Shown here piece after piece: positions 9,310 through 18,867 of a stretch of 64,000 bases of DNA. Origin of the DNA: Candidatus Latescibacterota bacterium (lineage in GTDB: Bacteria; Latescibacterota; UBA2968; UBA8231); contig CBDCSU010000005.1 of NCBI GenBank assembly GCA_965221775.1, positions 224,001-288,000 on the forward strand, written 5' to 3'. The notes beneath the pieces are model-generated. The model saw only the letters and a list, made by a program, of their open reading frames with translations. It was not told where the DNA came from and searched no databases. Every line of letters starts with the position of its first letter. Position 1 is the first letter of the stretch. Both the position numbers and the translations under genes were made by a program.

Positions 9310-11016
9310 TCAGGGAGCGAAGAAGATGAACAGCAGGCCGCCCACGATCGCCCCGGACAGGCCGAGCTCCAGGTAGCGGTGGTCCGCCTCGACCCGTGAC
9401 TGGGGGAATCCGTCGCCGGAGCTCAGCCAGCCGGCCGGCTGGGAGACGGCCGGGTCCCTGATACGGCCCTCCAGCCGATGGACCCACAGCACCCGCTCGC
9501 CGGCGTCCTCGAGGCGCAGGTAGACGACGGCGCGGGCCTCGCGACCCAGGGCGCCTCCGAAGGGTCCGAAGGACAATCCCCCCGAGCTGTAGACGACGCG
9601 GGCGTCGGCGACGCGGTAGCGCAGCACGTGGACGGCGCCGCCGGTCAGCACGCGCACCCCTCGACTCAGCAGGCCCCGTGTCAGCAGGCCTTCCACCACC
9701 CAGTCGGCATCGTCCTCCTCGGCGCTGACCAGGCTCACCGTGGAGCCTCTGGGCAAGGGGATGTCGTCGAGGACGCTCTCCAACTCGGCGGCCAGTCCCT
9801 GGTCCACGAGCTCGAGGTCGGTGACCTCCGCCAGCAGCCCTCCCCTCGGCCCCTCCGGGGCTGCAACCCTAACCACCGAGAGGCCGAGATCCACGGCGCC
9901 CTCGCGCGCCGGAGGCCGGAACCCCCCGGTCCAGGCGAAGGGCCCGGTGCCGGTGGGCCGCAGATCCAGCTCCACCGACCGATCCTCGCCCGCGGCCAGC
10001 TCTCCGGGGCCGGGGACCCGGACCTCCACGGCTCGCTCCTCGATGTCGACCTGCACCCCGGAAACGCCGGGAGCCCCCTCCAGGGCCTCGAAGCCGGCGG
10101 AGGCCCGGGCGGCGAGCTCCTCGTAGGGAATCGCGGTGGGGCCCGGATTCGACCAGACCAGCCTCAGCCGGAGGGGTTCGCCCCGCACCGCCTCGCCCTC
10201 GGCCACGTGGGCCGCGAAGTCGGGCACCGGCCGCACCCCCAGGGGCGCCACCGCCACCGGAGAGGCCCGGAGTCCGCCGCCCTCGGCGCGGATCACCAGG
10301 GGGAGGGCGCCGTCCGCGCCCGGCTCCAGGCGGACCTGCCAGCGGTGTTCAGAGGTCTCTCCCGCCCCGACCGGCGGCCCCGGGTCCGCCTCGGCTGCGG
10401 TGAGGCCCGCCGGCCAGTCCACCGTCAGGGCTTCGACAGTGCGGTCGTCTTCGTTGGTCACGGACAGGACCAGCTCCACATCCTCGCCGGGGAAGGCCTC
10501 CCGCGGGCTCAGGGCAGCGCGCAGACGCAGGGGCGGCACGACGGACAGCACCGCCCGGGCGCGATGGGCCTCCTGCCCGGGGGTGTCTACATTGGACGAC
10601 AGGGTCGCCTCCACCGGGACCGGCCCGATGGAGGCGGCGCGCAGGACCACCGTGAGGGTGTCGCTGGATCTCTCGCCGACGGGATGCCCGGTGTAGTCGA
10701 GGTCGACGCGGCCGTCCGCGACCTCGGCGCGCCCCAGGGCGCAGACGGCGGACTCGACCTGCACGCTCCCCCGGGGGAAGGAGACCGCCGCTCCGATGAC
10801 CGCCTCCCCGTCCCCGGGGAACAGGTCGAGGACCAACTCCGCCCGCTGCTCGAGACCGGGACCGGCCACCGGGGCCCCGAACCTGGCCGTCAGGCTCGAC
10901 CGGGCCTCGGCGGCGGAGGCCGTCACGGCAAGGGCCAGGAGGATCGAGAGGCCCGTCCCGCGGGCTCGCGGGAGGGCCGCGAGGGGGCCTGGAAGGTATC
11001 TGTGCAATTCGCCCAA
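9310..11016 (-). CDS. Secreted/membrane-anchored protein with Ig-like beta domains and a C-terminal TM helix
   Basis: Signal-like LSILLALAVTASAAEA; repeated PGE.V.L.L.V.N-type beta segments; hydrophobic C-terminus; start uncertain. Confidence 0.6.
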   Translation of the reverse strand: MGELHRYLPGPLAALPRARGTGLSILLALAVTASAAEARSSLTARFGAPVAGPGLEQRAELVLDLFPGDGEAVIGAAVSFPRGSVQVESAVCALGRAEVADGRVDLDYTGHPVGERSSDTLTVVLRAASIGPVPVEATLSSNVDTPGQEAHRARAVLSVVPPLRLRAALSPREAFPGEDVELVLSVTNEDDRTVEALTVDWPAGLTAAEADPGPPVGAGETSEHRWQVRLEPGADGALPLVIRAEGGGLRASPVAVAPLGVRPVPDFAAHVAEGEAVRGEPLRLRLVWSNPGPTAIPYEELAARASAGFEALEGAPGVSGVQVDIEERAVEVRVPGPGELAAGEDRSVELDLRPTGTGPFAWTGGFRPPAREGAVDLGLSVVRVAAPEGPRGGLLAEVTDLELVDQGLAAELESVLDDIPLPRGSTVSLVSAEEDDADWVVEGLLTRGLLSRGVRVLTGGAVHVLRYRVADARVVYSSGGLSFGPFGGALGREARAVVYLRLEDAGERVLWVHRLEGRIRDPAVSQPAGWLSSGDGFPQSRVEADHRYLELGLSGAIVGGLLFIFFAP

Positions 11017-11051
11017 CCTGCTTTTCCTGCTTGTACTTGCGAAGATCGGTA

Positions 11052-11132
11052 GAGTTACGGGCGCGGTTCCCGGCTGTCAAGAGACGGGGGCCGCGGGGAT
11101 CACCTTGACGCCTCCCCGGATGGGGGTAGCTT
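11052..11132. promoter_or_regulatory. Divergent sigma70-type promoters
   Basis: Minus: TTGACA(11080-11075)-N17-TAACTC; plus: TTGACG(11105)-N16-TAGCTT. Confidence 0.4.
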
Positions 11133-11215
11133 CTCGCATGAGGACTGAGGAACTCTCGCGAAGGTTCCGCGTTGCCCGCTCCCGGGGGTGAGCCGTCATC
11201 TGGCCGGATCTCCTG

Positions 11216-11926
11216 ATGCTGCTGGCGGCCGGGCTCGCACTGGCCGCCATCGCCTTCCTGCTGCTCCCGGTCGTGGTCGCCGTCACCGGCGCGCGCCGGC
11301 ACGAGGACGGCGGTTTCGACATGAGCGCCCAGGCGGCGGCCTGGGCCGGGTTGCTCGGCGTCCGGCTGCGGCGGCGCGATCCCTCGTGGGAGCTGGTGCC
11401 AACCCTCGCCGGGCGTGCCGTCGGCCCGGGGATGCGGCTGGGGCAACCGGAGGTCCAGGCCGGGGCGGCAGGCATCCCCGCCGCCGAAGCCCCGGCGGCG
11501 GCGGACGTCGCCGGAGGGCGAGGGCCGCGGATCGCCGCCGCCGGCCTCCGCGAGCGCCTCCGTTCCCAGTCCCCCCTCGCCAGGCCCGCGCTGCGCCTGG
11601 CGCGCTCCCTGCCCGGCGCCTTCCGCCTTCGCCGGATGCGCCTCGACGGCGTCGTCGGCCTTGCCGACCCCGAGGCCACGGGCCGGCTCTTCGGCCTCGT
11701 CCACGCCCTCGCGCCGGCGGCGCCGGAGAGAGTGGCCCTGACCCTCACGCCCGACTTCACCCACCCCTGTCTCCACGGCCGCGCCGAGGTCCGTCTGCAC
11801 CTCCGGCTGGCGCGCCTGCTCTACATGGCCGCTCGCTTCGGCCTCGCCGCCGGACGGGTCCGGGCCGCGGCCCGGCTGCGCTCCTGGCTGGCGGCCCGGG
11901 GCGCCGGACGGAAAGGAAACCGATGA
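11216..11926 (+). CDS. DUF2953-like membrane protein
   Basis: N-terminal TM; G.ADPEATG.LFG...PDF motif; usual neighbour of ytfJ. Confidence 0.7.
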   Translation: MLLAAGLALAAIAFLLLPVVVAVTGARRHEDGGFDMSAQAAAWAGLLGVRLRRRDPSWELVPTLAGRAVGPGMRLGQPEVQAGAAGIPAAEAPAAADVAGGRGPRIAAAGLRERLRSQSPLARPALRLARSLPGAFRLRRMRLDGVVGLADPEATGRLFGLVHALAPAAPERVALTLTPDFTHPCLHGRAEVRLHLRLARLLYMAARFGLAAGRVRAAARLRSWLAARGAGRKGNR

Positions 11927-12324
11927 CATCCTCCGTGGAGGCCCTGATCGAGCGGGTCCTGGGAGAGCTGCACACCATCGTCCAGACCCGCACCGTCGTC
12001 GGCGAGCCGGTCACGGCCGGTGAGGTGACCCTGATCCCGGTCTCCAGGATCTCCCTGGGATTCGGCGCCGGCGGCGGCCAGGAGGGCAGCGGCAGGAGCG
12101 GCACCGGCGGCGGCGCCTCGGTCGAGCCCATCGGTTTCGTCGTCATCGACGCCAGGGGCAAGGTGCAGGTCCTGACGCTGAAGGAGAAGGAAGTCAGCTG
12201 GGGCCAGCTCGTGGAGCTGGTGCCCGAAGCCGTCTCCAAGGTCCGGGAGTTCGTCGAGCGCCGACGCGGCGACGACGAGGAAGGGGGGGAGGAGGAGGAC
12301 GTGGACGAGGGGAAGGACCGCTGA
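11923..12324 (+). CDS. ytfJ: GerW/YtfJ family protein
   Basis: SD GAAAGGAA, ATGA overlap; TVVGEP....TLIPVSRISLGFGAGGG...GGGASVEPIGFVVI signature. Confidence 0.9.
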   Translation: MTSSVEALIERVLGELHTIVQTRTVVGEPVTAGEVTLIPVSRISLGFGAGGGQEGSGRSGTGGGASVEPIGFVVIDARGKVQVLTLKEKEVSWGQLVELVPEAVSKVREFVERRRGDDEEGGEEEDVDEGKDR

Positions 12325-12359
12325 GAGGCCGCTGAAGGGCCGGGCCTGCGCCCGGGAGC

Positions 12360-12866
12360 CTACCGGGCGTCGCCCGGAAAGAGGCGGAAGCGACCGTCGA
12401 GGAGCAGGTGGGTGTACCAGCCGGCCAGGGCCGCCCCGAGCAGCACGAGGTCGGCGGACGGGACCGAGGCGCCGGCGCTCGCCCACGCCGACGCCAGGTC
12501 TCCCCGCCACCACAGGCATCCCGCCCCCAGCGCGCCGGTGGCGAGGACGGGCGTCAGGCGCCCGTGAGTCCAGCCGCGGTGGTGATCGACGAGGGGCAGG
12601 GTCGAGAGCACGGCCAGGAGCGTCGCCATCTGCCAGAGGCCGTTCCACGCCAGCCACAGCAGCGCCGCCAGCACACCCCGGTAGAACCAGCGCCGCGGCA
12701 GCGAATCGGTGTCGACATCCGGAAAGAGGGCGAAGAACAGGGTGGTTGCGAAGACCGCCCACCACACCGGATCGGCCGCCCCGGGGATGGCGCCGGCGGC
12801 CCCCGCCGTCCCGGCCACGGCGGCGCCGGCGAGGCAGCCTCCGGCCAGGTGGCCGGCCGCCTTCAC
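12360..12866 (-). CDS. Membrane metal-dependent hydrolase (YdjM-like)
   Basis: GTG overlapping rlmN stop; GH, FPDVD, HRGWTH and GWYTHLLLD motifs. Confidence 0.8.
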   Translation of the reverse strand: MKAAGHLAGGCLAGAAVAGTAGAAGAIPGAADPVWWAVFATTLFFALFPDVDTDSLPRRWFYRGVLAALLWLAWNGLWQMATLLAVLSTLPLVDHHRGWTHGRLTPVLATGALGAGCLWWRGDLASAWASAGASVPSADLVLLGAALAGWYTHLLLDGRFRLFPGDAR

Positions 12867-13999
12867 GTGGGGCGGCGGTAGAGCTGCCCGCAGGCCGCGT
12901 CGATGTCGCGGCCCCGGCTCTCCCGCAGGCGGACGGTCCGCTTCGTCCGCGATTCCAGGCGGCGCCGGAAGGCCTCGATCCGCTTCCTCCCAGGTCGGCG
13001 AAAGACCGGCGCCTCCGGGTCCCCGGGGGCCAGCTCGTTGTAGGGGATCAGGTTGATCTTGCAGGGCACCTCGGCCGTCAGCTCCGCCAGGCGCACGGCG
13101 TCTTCCTCGGTGTCGGTGACGCCGCGCAACAGCACGTACTCGAAGGTGACCCTGCGGCCCTGCCGGTGGAAGTAGTAGCGCGCCGCCTCCAGCAGGTCGG
13201 CGATGGTCCACTTGCGGTTGATCGGCATCAGCCCCTCCCGGACCTCGTCGGTGGTGGCGTTGAGGGAGATCGCCAGGCCGACGTTGAGATCGTCCTCTGC
13301 CAGCCGGCGGATCCCCGGCAGGTACCCCGCCGTGGAGACGGTGATGCGCCGGCCGCCGACGGAGGCGCCCCCGGGCCGCTGGATCAGCCTCAGGGCGGTG
13401 GTGACGGCGTCGTAGTTCAGCAGGGGTTCCCCCATGCCCATCATGACGACGTTGGTGATCCGTCCGAGGCCTTCGGCGGCAGCGGCGGCGTGCACCTGCA
13501 GCAGCTGGTCGACGATCTGCGCCGCCGTCAGGTTGCGGACGAAACCCATGCGCCCCGTGGCGCAGAAACTGCAGTCGAGGGGGCAGCCCACCTGAGAGGA
13601 CAGGCAGAGGGTGCGCCGCCGGCCGTCGAGGATGAGGACCGACTCGAACTGCGCCCCCTCCCCGTCGCCGAAGATGAACTTCACCGCCATCCCCGTGTCC
13701 GAATCGCGGCGCTCCAGCAGCTGCAGGCGGGTCACGCGGACCCCGGCCTCGGCCAGGGACCGGCGCAGGCGCAGGGGCAGGTTGGACATCGACTCCAGGC
13801 GGGTCTCCCCGCGTCCGTGGACCCAGGCGAAAAGCTGGTCGCCGCGGTACGCCGGCTCCCCCATCTCCACGGCCAAGTGCCGGAGTTGCTCCGGAAGCAG
13901 ACCCTTGAGATCGAGGGCTCCGGCGGGCCCGGGTGGAGTCACCGAGACCTCGGGAGGTTGGCCGGGGGACCGGTGGCTCTGGTGGCTTGACTCTCCCAT
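12863..13999 (-). CDS. rlmN: 23S rRNA m2A2503/tRNA m2A37 radical SAM methyltransferase
   Basis: CLSSQVGCPLDCSFCATG, MGMGEPLLN, ISLNA, NLIPYN, DIDAACGQL. Confidence 0.96.
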   Translation of the reverse strand: MGESSHQSHRSPGQPPEVSVTPPGPAGALDLKGLLPEQLRHLAVEMGEPAYRGDQLFAWVHGRGETRLESMSNLPLRLRRSLAEAGVRVTRLQLLERRDSDTGMAVKFIFGDGEGAQFESVLILDGRRRTLCLSSQVGCPLDCSFCATGRMGFVRNLTAAQIVDQLLQVHAAAAAEGLGRITNVVMMGMGEPLLNYDAVTTALRLIQRPGGASVGGRRITVSTAGYLPGIRRLAEDDLNVGLAISLNATTDEVREGLMPINRKWTIADLLEAARYYFHRQGRRVTFEYVLLRGVTDTEEDAVRLAELTAEVPCKINLIPYNELAPGDPEAPVFRRPGRKRIEAFRRRLESRTKRTVRLRESRGRDIDAACGQLYRRPT

Positions 14000-14038
14000 G
14001 ACGCCTGTTTAGCATAGGAGACACCCCCATCTGGTCAA
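13987..14038. promoter_or_regulatory. Overlapping divergent sigma70 promoters (M23 gene / rlmN)
   Basis: Plus: TTGACT(13987)-N17-TAGCAT(14010); minus: TTGACC(14038)-N16-TATGCT(14016). Confidence 0.55.
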
Positions 14039-14082
14039 GCGCGGCCCCCTCCGCGTCTTCCCGCCCGAACTACTGGAGTCGC

Positions 14083-15375
14083 ATGAGCCTGCCGCCGCGC
14101 TCTTCTTTGGGGTTCTGGGGTTTCCTCACCGCTCTCACAGCCCTGACTCTCGTGCGCATCGACCTCCATGCGCGCCCCTCCGCCGTCTCCGAGCCCGGCC
14201 AAGGCCTGGCCGCCGCCGTCCCCGTCGCGGCCAGCCTCGCGGCGCCCGACCCGCACCGCCACGTCATCGCCGACACCCTGGGGCCGGACGAGTCGATCTA
14301 CCTGGCTCTCAAGCGGCACCGGGTTTCCGACCTCCAGATCACCCTCCTGAGCACCGCCCTGTCCCCGGTCTTCGAGGTGCGGAGAGACCCGAAGCCGGGC
14401 GACTACTTCCAACTGGAGCTGGACAGCCTGCGCGCCGTGGCCCGCTTCGAGTACACCCCGGTGAAGGCGCCGGACAGGCCCGTGCTGGTAGAGCGCCGGG
14501 CGGATGAGCTGATCGCCCGGCGGTGGCAGCGCCCGGTGACGGAGACCACCGAGACCCTTCGGGTCTTCATCGAGGACAACCTGTTCAACGCCATCGCCGC
14601 CACCGGGGAGAGCGATGCCCTCACCGACCTGGTGGTGGACGATGTCTTCGGCTCGGTCATCGACTTCCACACGGTTCCGCGCCACGGCGACCGTCTCGGC
14701 CTGGTATTCACGCGGCAGTCGGTGGACGGCCGGTTCCTGCGCTACGGGAAGATCCTCCTGGCCCACTACGAGGGCGAGTCTCTCTCCCGCGTCGGTCTCT
14801 ACTACGAGGACCCCACCGGCGCCGGCGACTACTACGACGAGTCCGGCGAGTCCCTCGAGCGCATGTTCCTCCTCAAGCCGATGTCCTTCCGCCGCATCAG
14901 CTCGCCCTTCTCCCGCCGCCGCTTCCATCCCATCCTCAAACGCTCCCTGCCCCACCTCGGCACCGACTACGCCGCCGCCCCCGGCACGCCCGTATGGTCG
15001 ACGGCCCACGGCGTGGTGACCCAGGCCGGCTGGAACGGCGGCTACGGCAAGATGGTCGAGATCAAGCACGCCAACGGCTACAGGACGCGCTACGCCCACC
15101 TGAGCCGCATCCTCGTGCGCAAGGGGCAGCGGGTGAGCAAGTCGGACCACGTGGGCCACGTGGGGGCCACCGGCCGCGCCACCGGCCCCCACCTCCACTA
15201 CGAGCTCATCCAGAACGGGCGGCACATCAACCCGTCCAGCGTCAACCGCGGCGGCGGGCGCCCCCTGGCCGCCGAGTACGGCCCCGCCTTCCAGGAGCAC
15301 TACCGAACCCTTCGGGAGCGTCTCGACAAGGCCGACGGTGCCATGGGGCCCCTGCTGGCCGCCAACGGTCCTTGA
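14083..15375 (+). CDS. M23 family peptidoglycan DD-endopeptidase (MepM-like)
   Basis: HLGTDYAA (HxxxD), YAHL, TGPHLHYE (HxH); N-terminal anchor. Confidence 0.92.
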   Translation: MSLPPRSSLGFWGFLTALTALTLVRIDLHARPSAVSEPGQGLAAAVPVAASLAAPDPHRHVIADTLGPDESIYLALKRHRVSDLQITLLSTALSPVFEVRRDPKPGDYFQLELDSLRAVARFEYTPVKAPDRPVLVERRADELIARRWQRPVTETTETLRVFIEDNLFNAIAATGESDALTDLVVDDVFGSVIDFHTVPRHGDRLGLVFTRQSVDGRFLRYGKILLAHYEGESLSRVGLYYEDPTGAGDYYDESGESLERMFLLKPMSFRRISSPFSRRRFHPILKRSLPHLGTDYAAAPGTPVWSTAHGVVTQAGWNGGYGKMVEIKHANGYRTRYAHLSRILVRKGQRVSKSDHVGHVGATGRATGPHLHYELIQNGRHINPSSVNRGGGRPLAAEYGPAFQEHYRTLRERLDKADGAMGPLLAANGP

Positions 15376-15447
15376 CAGCCGGGGGAGGGCCGTTGACTTT
15401 GGCCCTCCGAGCTGCCCCCGCACTGCCAACTCCGGACCCGACTCCAA

Positions 15448-15858
15448 GTGGACCAGGACTTCGACAAGCTGGAAGAGCTGGTCGACCGGGACCGCCGCTA
15501 CAAGCAGGCCGCCTACCTCTTCGTGCACGACGCTCTGCAGCACACCGTGGAAAAGCTCGGCAAGGCCGATCTGCCCCGGGACCAGCGCAACGTCTCGGGA
15601 CGCGACCTGGCCTTCGGCATCAGCGAGCACGCCCTCGACCGTTTCGGTCCCCTCGCCCGCTCGGTCTTCGAGCACTGGGGCATCCGCAAGACCCGCGACT
15701 TCGGAGAGATCGTCTTCAATCTGGTGGAGATCCAGAGCCTGAGAACCACCGAGGACGACCGCATCGAGGACTTCGACGACGTTTTCGATCTCGACGAGGA
15801 GCTGGACTGGAAGCGCCGGCGGGCCGAGTTCCGCCGCCCCCGGACCTCCGGCACGTGA
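15448..15858 (+). CDS. Minf_1886 family protein
   Basis: D.RY..AAY.FV..AL, VSG..L, FGPLA..V..HWGI..T.DFGEIVFNLV, D..EDF motif. Confidence 0.8.
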   Translation: MDQDFDKLEELVDRDRRYKQAAYLFVHDALQHTVEKLGKADLPRDQRNVSGRDLAFGISEHALDRFGPLARSVFEHWGIRKTRDFGEIVFNLVEIQSLRTTEDDRIEDFDDVFDLDEELDWKRRRAEFRRPRTSGT

Positions 15859-17060
15859 CCACCGCCTACTTCGACTGTCTCTCCGGCGTCAGCGGCGACA
15901 TGGTCCTCGGCGCCGTGGTCGACGCGGGCCTCGAGCCGGACCGCTTGCAGCGGGAGGTCGACCGCCTCGCCGTGGGCGCGCGTCTTCGTTGCGAGAGCGT
16001 CAGCCGCTGCGGCCTGCAGGCCACCCGCGTGCGGGTGGAGATCGACGGCCAGGCCCCGGAGTCGGAGCACCACCTCGACCCCGGTCATCCACCTCACACC
16101 CACCTGAAGGATCTGCTCGCCCGGATCGACGGCAGTGCTCTCGACGAGGCCGACAAGGCCTGCGCGCGCCGGGTCTTCCGCCGCCTGGCCGAGGCCGAGG
16201 CCGAGGTCCACGGCGTCGACGTGGAGGCTGTCGGCCTCCACGAGGCCGGCAGCCTCGACGCCGTCGTCGACATCGCCGGAGCCGTCGCCGGTCTGCGGCT
16301 CCTCGGCGTCACGCGGGTGTACTCCTCCGCCCTGCACTGCGGGACCGGCACCGTGGAGTGCGCCCACGGACGCTACCCGCTTCCGGCGCCGGGGGTCCTG
16401 GCCCTGTGCCGGGGCGTTCCCCTGGTGCAGACCGATGTGAAGGCCGAGCTCGTGACCCCCACGGGGGCCGCCCTGATCACGACCCTGGCCGAGGGCTTCG
16501 GTCCGGCGCCGGCCATGCGTCTCGACGCCGTCGGCTACGGCGCCGGCGCCCGCGACCTGGCGCAGGCCCCCAACGTCCTGCGTCTGAGGCTGTCGCACCC
16601 GGCGGCGACCGACTCCGACGGGCAGCGCTGCGTCGTGCTCGAGGCCAACGTGGACGACATGAACCCCGAGGTCTACGGCTACCTCTTCGAGCGCCTCCTC
16701 GAGGCCGGGGCCCGCGATCTCTACGTCACCCCGGTGCTGATGAAGAAGAACCGCCCCGGCCACCTGCTCAGCGTCCTCGTCGATCCGGCCCACCTCGAGG
16801 CCGTCTCCGACGTCGTCCTCGGGGAGACCACCAGCCTCGGCGTGCGCCACTACGAGGTGGAGCGCCGCGTGCTGGAGCGTTCCACCCTCTCGGTGGAGAC
16901 CGAGTTCGGTCCGGTGCGCGTGAAGGTGGCCCGCCTGAACGGCCGGCGGCGCGTGGCCCCCGAGTACGAGGACTGCGCCGGACTGGCGCGGAGCCGCCGC
17001 GTCCCCATCCTCAGCGTGTACGGGGCCGCGGTCTCCGCCGCCACGGAGGAACCCGCATGA
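15855..17060 (+). CDS. larC: Nickel-pincer cofactor biosynthesis protein LarC
   Basis: AYFDCLSGVSGDM.LGA, His-rich patch, AEAEVHG, ELVTPTGAA, EANVDDMNPE, MKKNRPG, ETTSLGVR, PEYEDC. Confidence 0.93.
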   Translation: MTTAYFDCLSGVSGDMVLGAVVDAGLEPDRLQREVDRLAVGARLRCESVSRCGLQATRVRVEIDGQAPESEHHLDPGHPPHTHLKDLLARIDGSALDEADKACARRVFRRLAEAEAEVHGVDVEAVGLHEAGSLDAVVDIAGAVAGLRLLGVTRVYSSALHCGTGTVECAHGRYPLPAPGVLALCRGVPLVQTDVKAELVTPTGAALITTLAEGFGPAPAMRLDAVGYGAGARDLAQAPNVLRLRLSHPAATDSDGQRCVVLEANVDDMNPEVYGYLFERLLEAGARDLYVTPVLMKKNRPGHLLSVLVDPAHLEAVSDVVLGETTSLGVRHYEVERRVLERSTLSVETEFGPVRVKVARLNGRRRVAPEYEDCAGLARSRRVPILSVYGAAVSAATEEPA

Positions 17061-17830
17061 GACCCCTCGCCCTCGCCATCGCCATCGGAATGGCCTGCTC
17101 CCGGGCGGCGTCCGCGCCGGCTCCCGAACTCTCGGAGATCCCCGGCCGGGGCGCCTTCGACGAGTTCGACAGCGTCCTGCCCCTGCCCCCCGGCAAGGAC
17201 GGCGTGGAGCGCTTCGCCCTCGGCGACATCCATGGCTTCGTGCACGTCTACGAAGGCCGGGACGGCGCCTACGCCGAGGTCTGGATCAGCGAGTACCTGG
17301 AGAGCTCCGTCTCCGGACTGGTGCTGGCCGACGCCGACCTCGACGGCCTTCGGGAGATCCTCGTGTATACCGAAGGCGGGCGCATTCACCTCCTCGACCT
17401 CGGCGACTACCACTTCCTGTGGAGCAATCCCGCCACCGACTACGAGCAGATCTCGGCCCTGGCGGTGCACGACGTCGACGACGACGAGCAGCCGGAGCTG
17501 CTCTTCGTGGCCGACGGACGGCTGGTCATCTACGACGGCCGCGACCGCTTCGAGGAGTGGCGCAGCGACCAGGACAACCTGACCTCCACCGACCTCCTCG
17601 TGGGCGACGTGGACGGCGACGGCGCCGACGAGATCGTCCTCAACGACGGTTTCGTCTTCGACGCCCGCTACCGCGACCTGGAGTGGCAGTCGCCGGAGAG
17701 CTTCGGCGAGCGCATCGGCCTCCTCGACGTCGACGACGACGAGATCCCGGAGGTGGTGGGCGAGTTCGGCGGCAGGTTCCTGCGCATCTTCGACATCGAC
17801 CTGCGAAGGATGAAGTCCGCGCGCCAATAG
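17057..17830 (+). CDS. Exported FG-GAP/VCBS-like repeat protein
   Basis: ATGA overlap; signal peptide/lipobox-like MAC; repeats DADLDG, DVDDDE, DVDGDG, DVDDDE. Confidence 0.7.
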   Translation: MRPLALAIAIGMACSRAASAPAPELSEIPGRGAFDEFDSVLPLPPGKDGVERFALGDIHGFVHVYEGRDGAYAEVWISEYLESSVSGLVLADADLDGLREILVYTEGGRIHLLDLGDYHFLWSNPATDYEQISALAVHDVDDDEQPELLFVADGRLVIYDGRDRFEEWRSDQDNLTSTDLLVGDVDGDGADEIVLNDGFVFDARYRDLEWQSPESFGERIGLLDVDDDEIPEVVGEFGGRFLRIFDIDLRRMKSARQ

Positions 17831-17870
17831 GCCGAAGCGCGGGCCCACCGACACAAGAAGAGAGGGAGAA

Positions 17871-18863
17871 ATGGCCAGACCCGTTACCTTGTTCACCGGC
17901 CAGTGGGCCGACCTCGACACCCCGACCATGTGCGAGAAGGCGCGCAGCTTCGGTTACGACGGCCTCGAGCTGGCCTGCTGGGGAGACCACTTCGAGGTGC
18001 CGAAGGCCGACGACGCCTACTGCGCCGGCCGGCGGGCCCTCCTCGAGGAGCACGACCTGCAGCTGTTCTCGATCTCCGCCCACCTCGTGGGGCAGGCCGT
18101 GTGCGACAACATCGACGGCCGCCACCAGGCGATCCTCCCGGAGTACGTGTGGGGCGACGGCGACCCCGAGGGCGTGCGCCAGCGCGCCGCCGCCGAACTG
18201 GTGGCCACGGCGCAGGCCGCCGCCCGCCTCGGCGTGGAGGTGGTCAACGGCTTCACGGGCAGCTCCATCTGGCACCTGCTCTACTCCTTCCCCCCAACCT
18301 CCGACGAGATGATCGACGCCGGCTTCACCGACTTCGCCGACCGCTTCCGGCCGATCCTCGACGAGTTCCAGGAGGCGGGCGTCAAGTTCGCCCTCGAGGT
18401 GCATCCCACGGAGATCGCCTTCGACATCGCCTCGGCGGAGCGCGCCGTCGACGCCCTCGACGGCCATCCCGCCTTCGGCTTCAACTACGATCCCAGCCAC
18501 CTCGGCTACCAGGGCGTCGACTACGTGGAGTTCATCCACCGCTTCGCCGACCGCATCTTCCACGTGCACATGAAGGACGTGGGCTGGTCGGCGATCCCCA
18601 CCGAGGCCGGCGTCTTCGGCGGCCACACCGCCTTCGGAGACCGGCGCCGCTACTGGGACTTCCGCTCCCTCGGCCGCGGCAACATCGACTTCGAGGAGAT
18701 CATCCGCGCCCTCAACCAGATCCGCTACGGCGGCCCCCTCTCGGTGGAGTGGGAGGACGGCGGCATGGACCGCGAGCACGGCGCCGCCGAGGCCTGCGCT
18801 TTCGTCAAGGAGGTCGACTTCGAGCCCTCCGAAGCGGCCTTCGACGCGGCCTTCTCGGAGTAG
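17871..18863 (+). CDS. Sugar phosphate isomerase/epimerase (xylose isomerase-like TIM barrel)
   Basis: [45 protein letters not shown]. Confidence 0.9.
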   Translation: MARPVTLFTGQWADLDTPTMCEKARSFGYDGLELACWGDHFEVPKADDAYCAGRRALLEEHDLQLFSISAHLVGQAVCDNIDGRHQAILPEYVWGDGDPEGVRQRAAAELVATAQAAARLGVEVVNGFTGSSIWHLLYSFPPTSDEMIDAGFTDFADRFRPILDEFQEAGVKFALEVHPTEIAFDIASAERAVDALDGHPAFGFNYDPSHLGYQGVDYVEFIHRFADRIFHVHMKDVGWSAIPTEAGVFGGHTAFGDRRRYWDFRSLGRGNIDFEEIIRALNQIRYGGPLSVEWEDGGMDREHGAAEACAFVKEVDFEPSEAAFDAAFSE

Positions 18864-18867
18864 TCCC

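Noticed and set aside
11138-11191. 17-codon ORF upstream of the DUF2953 gene as a leader peptide
   Set aside because: No SD, no telling codon runs or attenuator structure; cannot be supported
12863-13999. Radical SAM as the partner of the PqqD protein
   Set aside because: It has all RlmN motifs (MGMGEP, C-terminal AACGQL) and no SPASM domain
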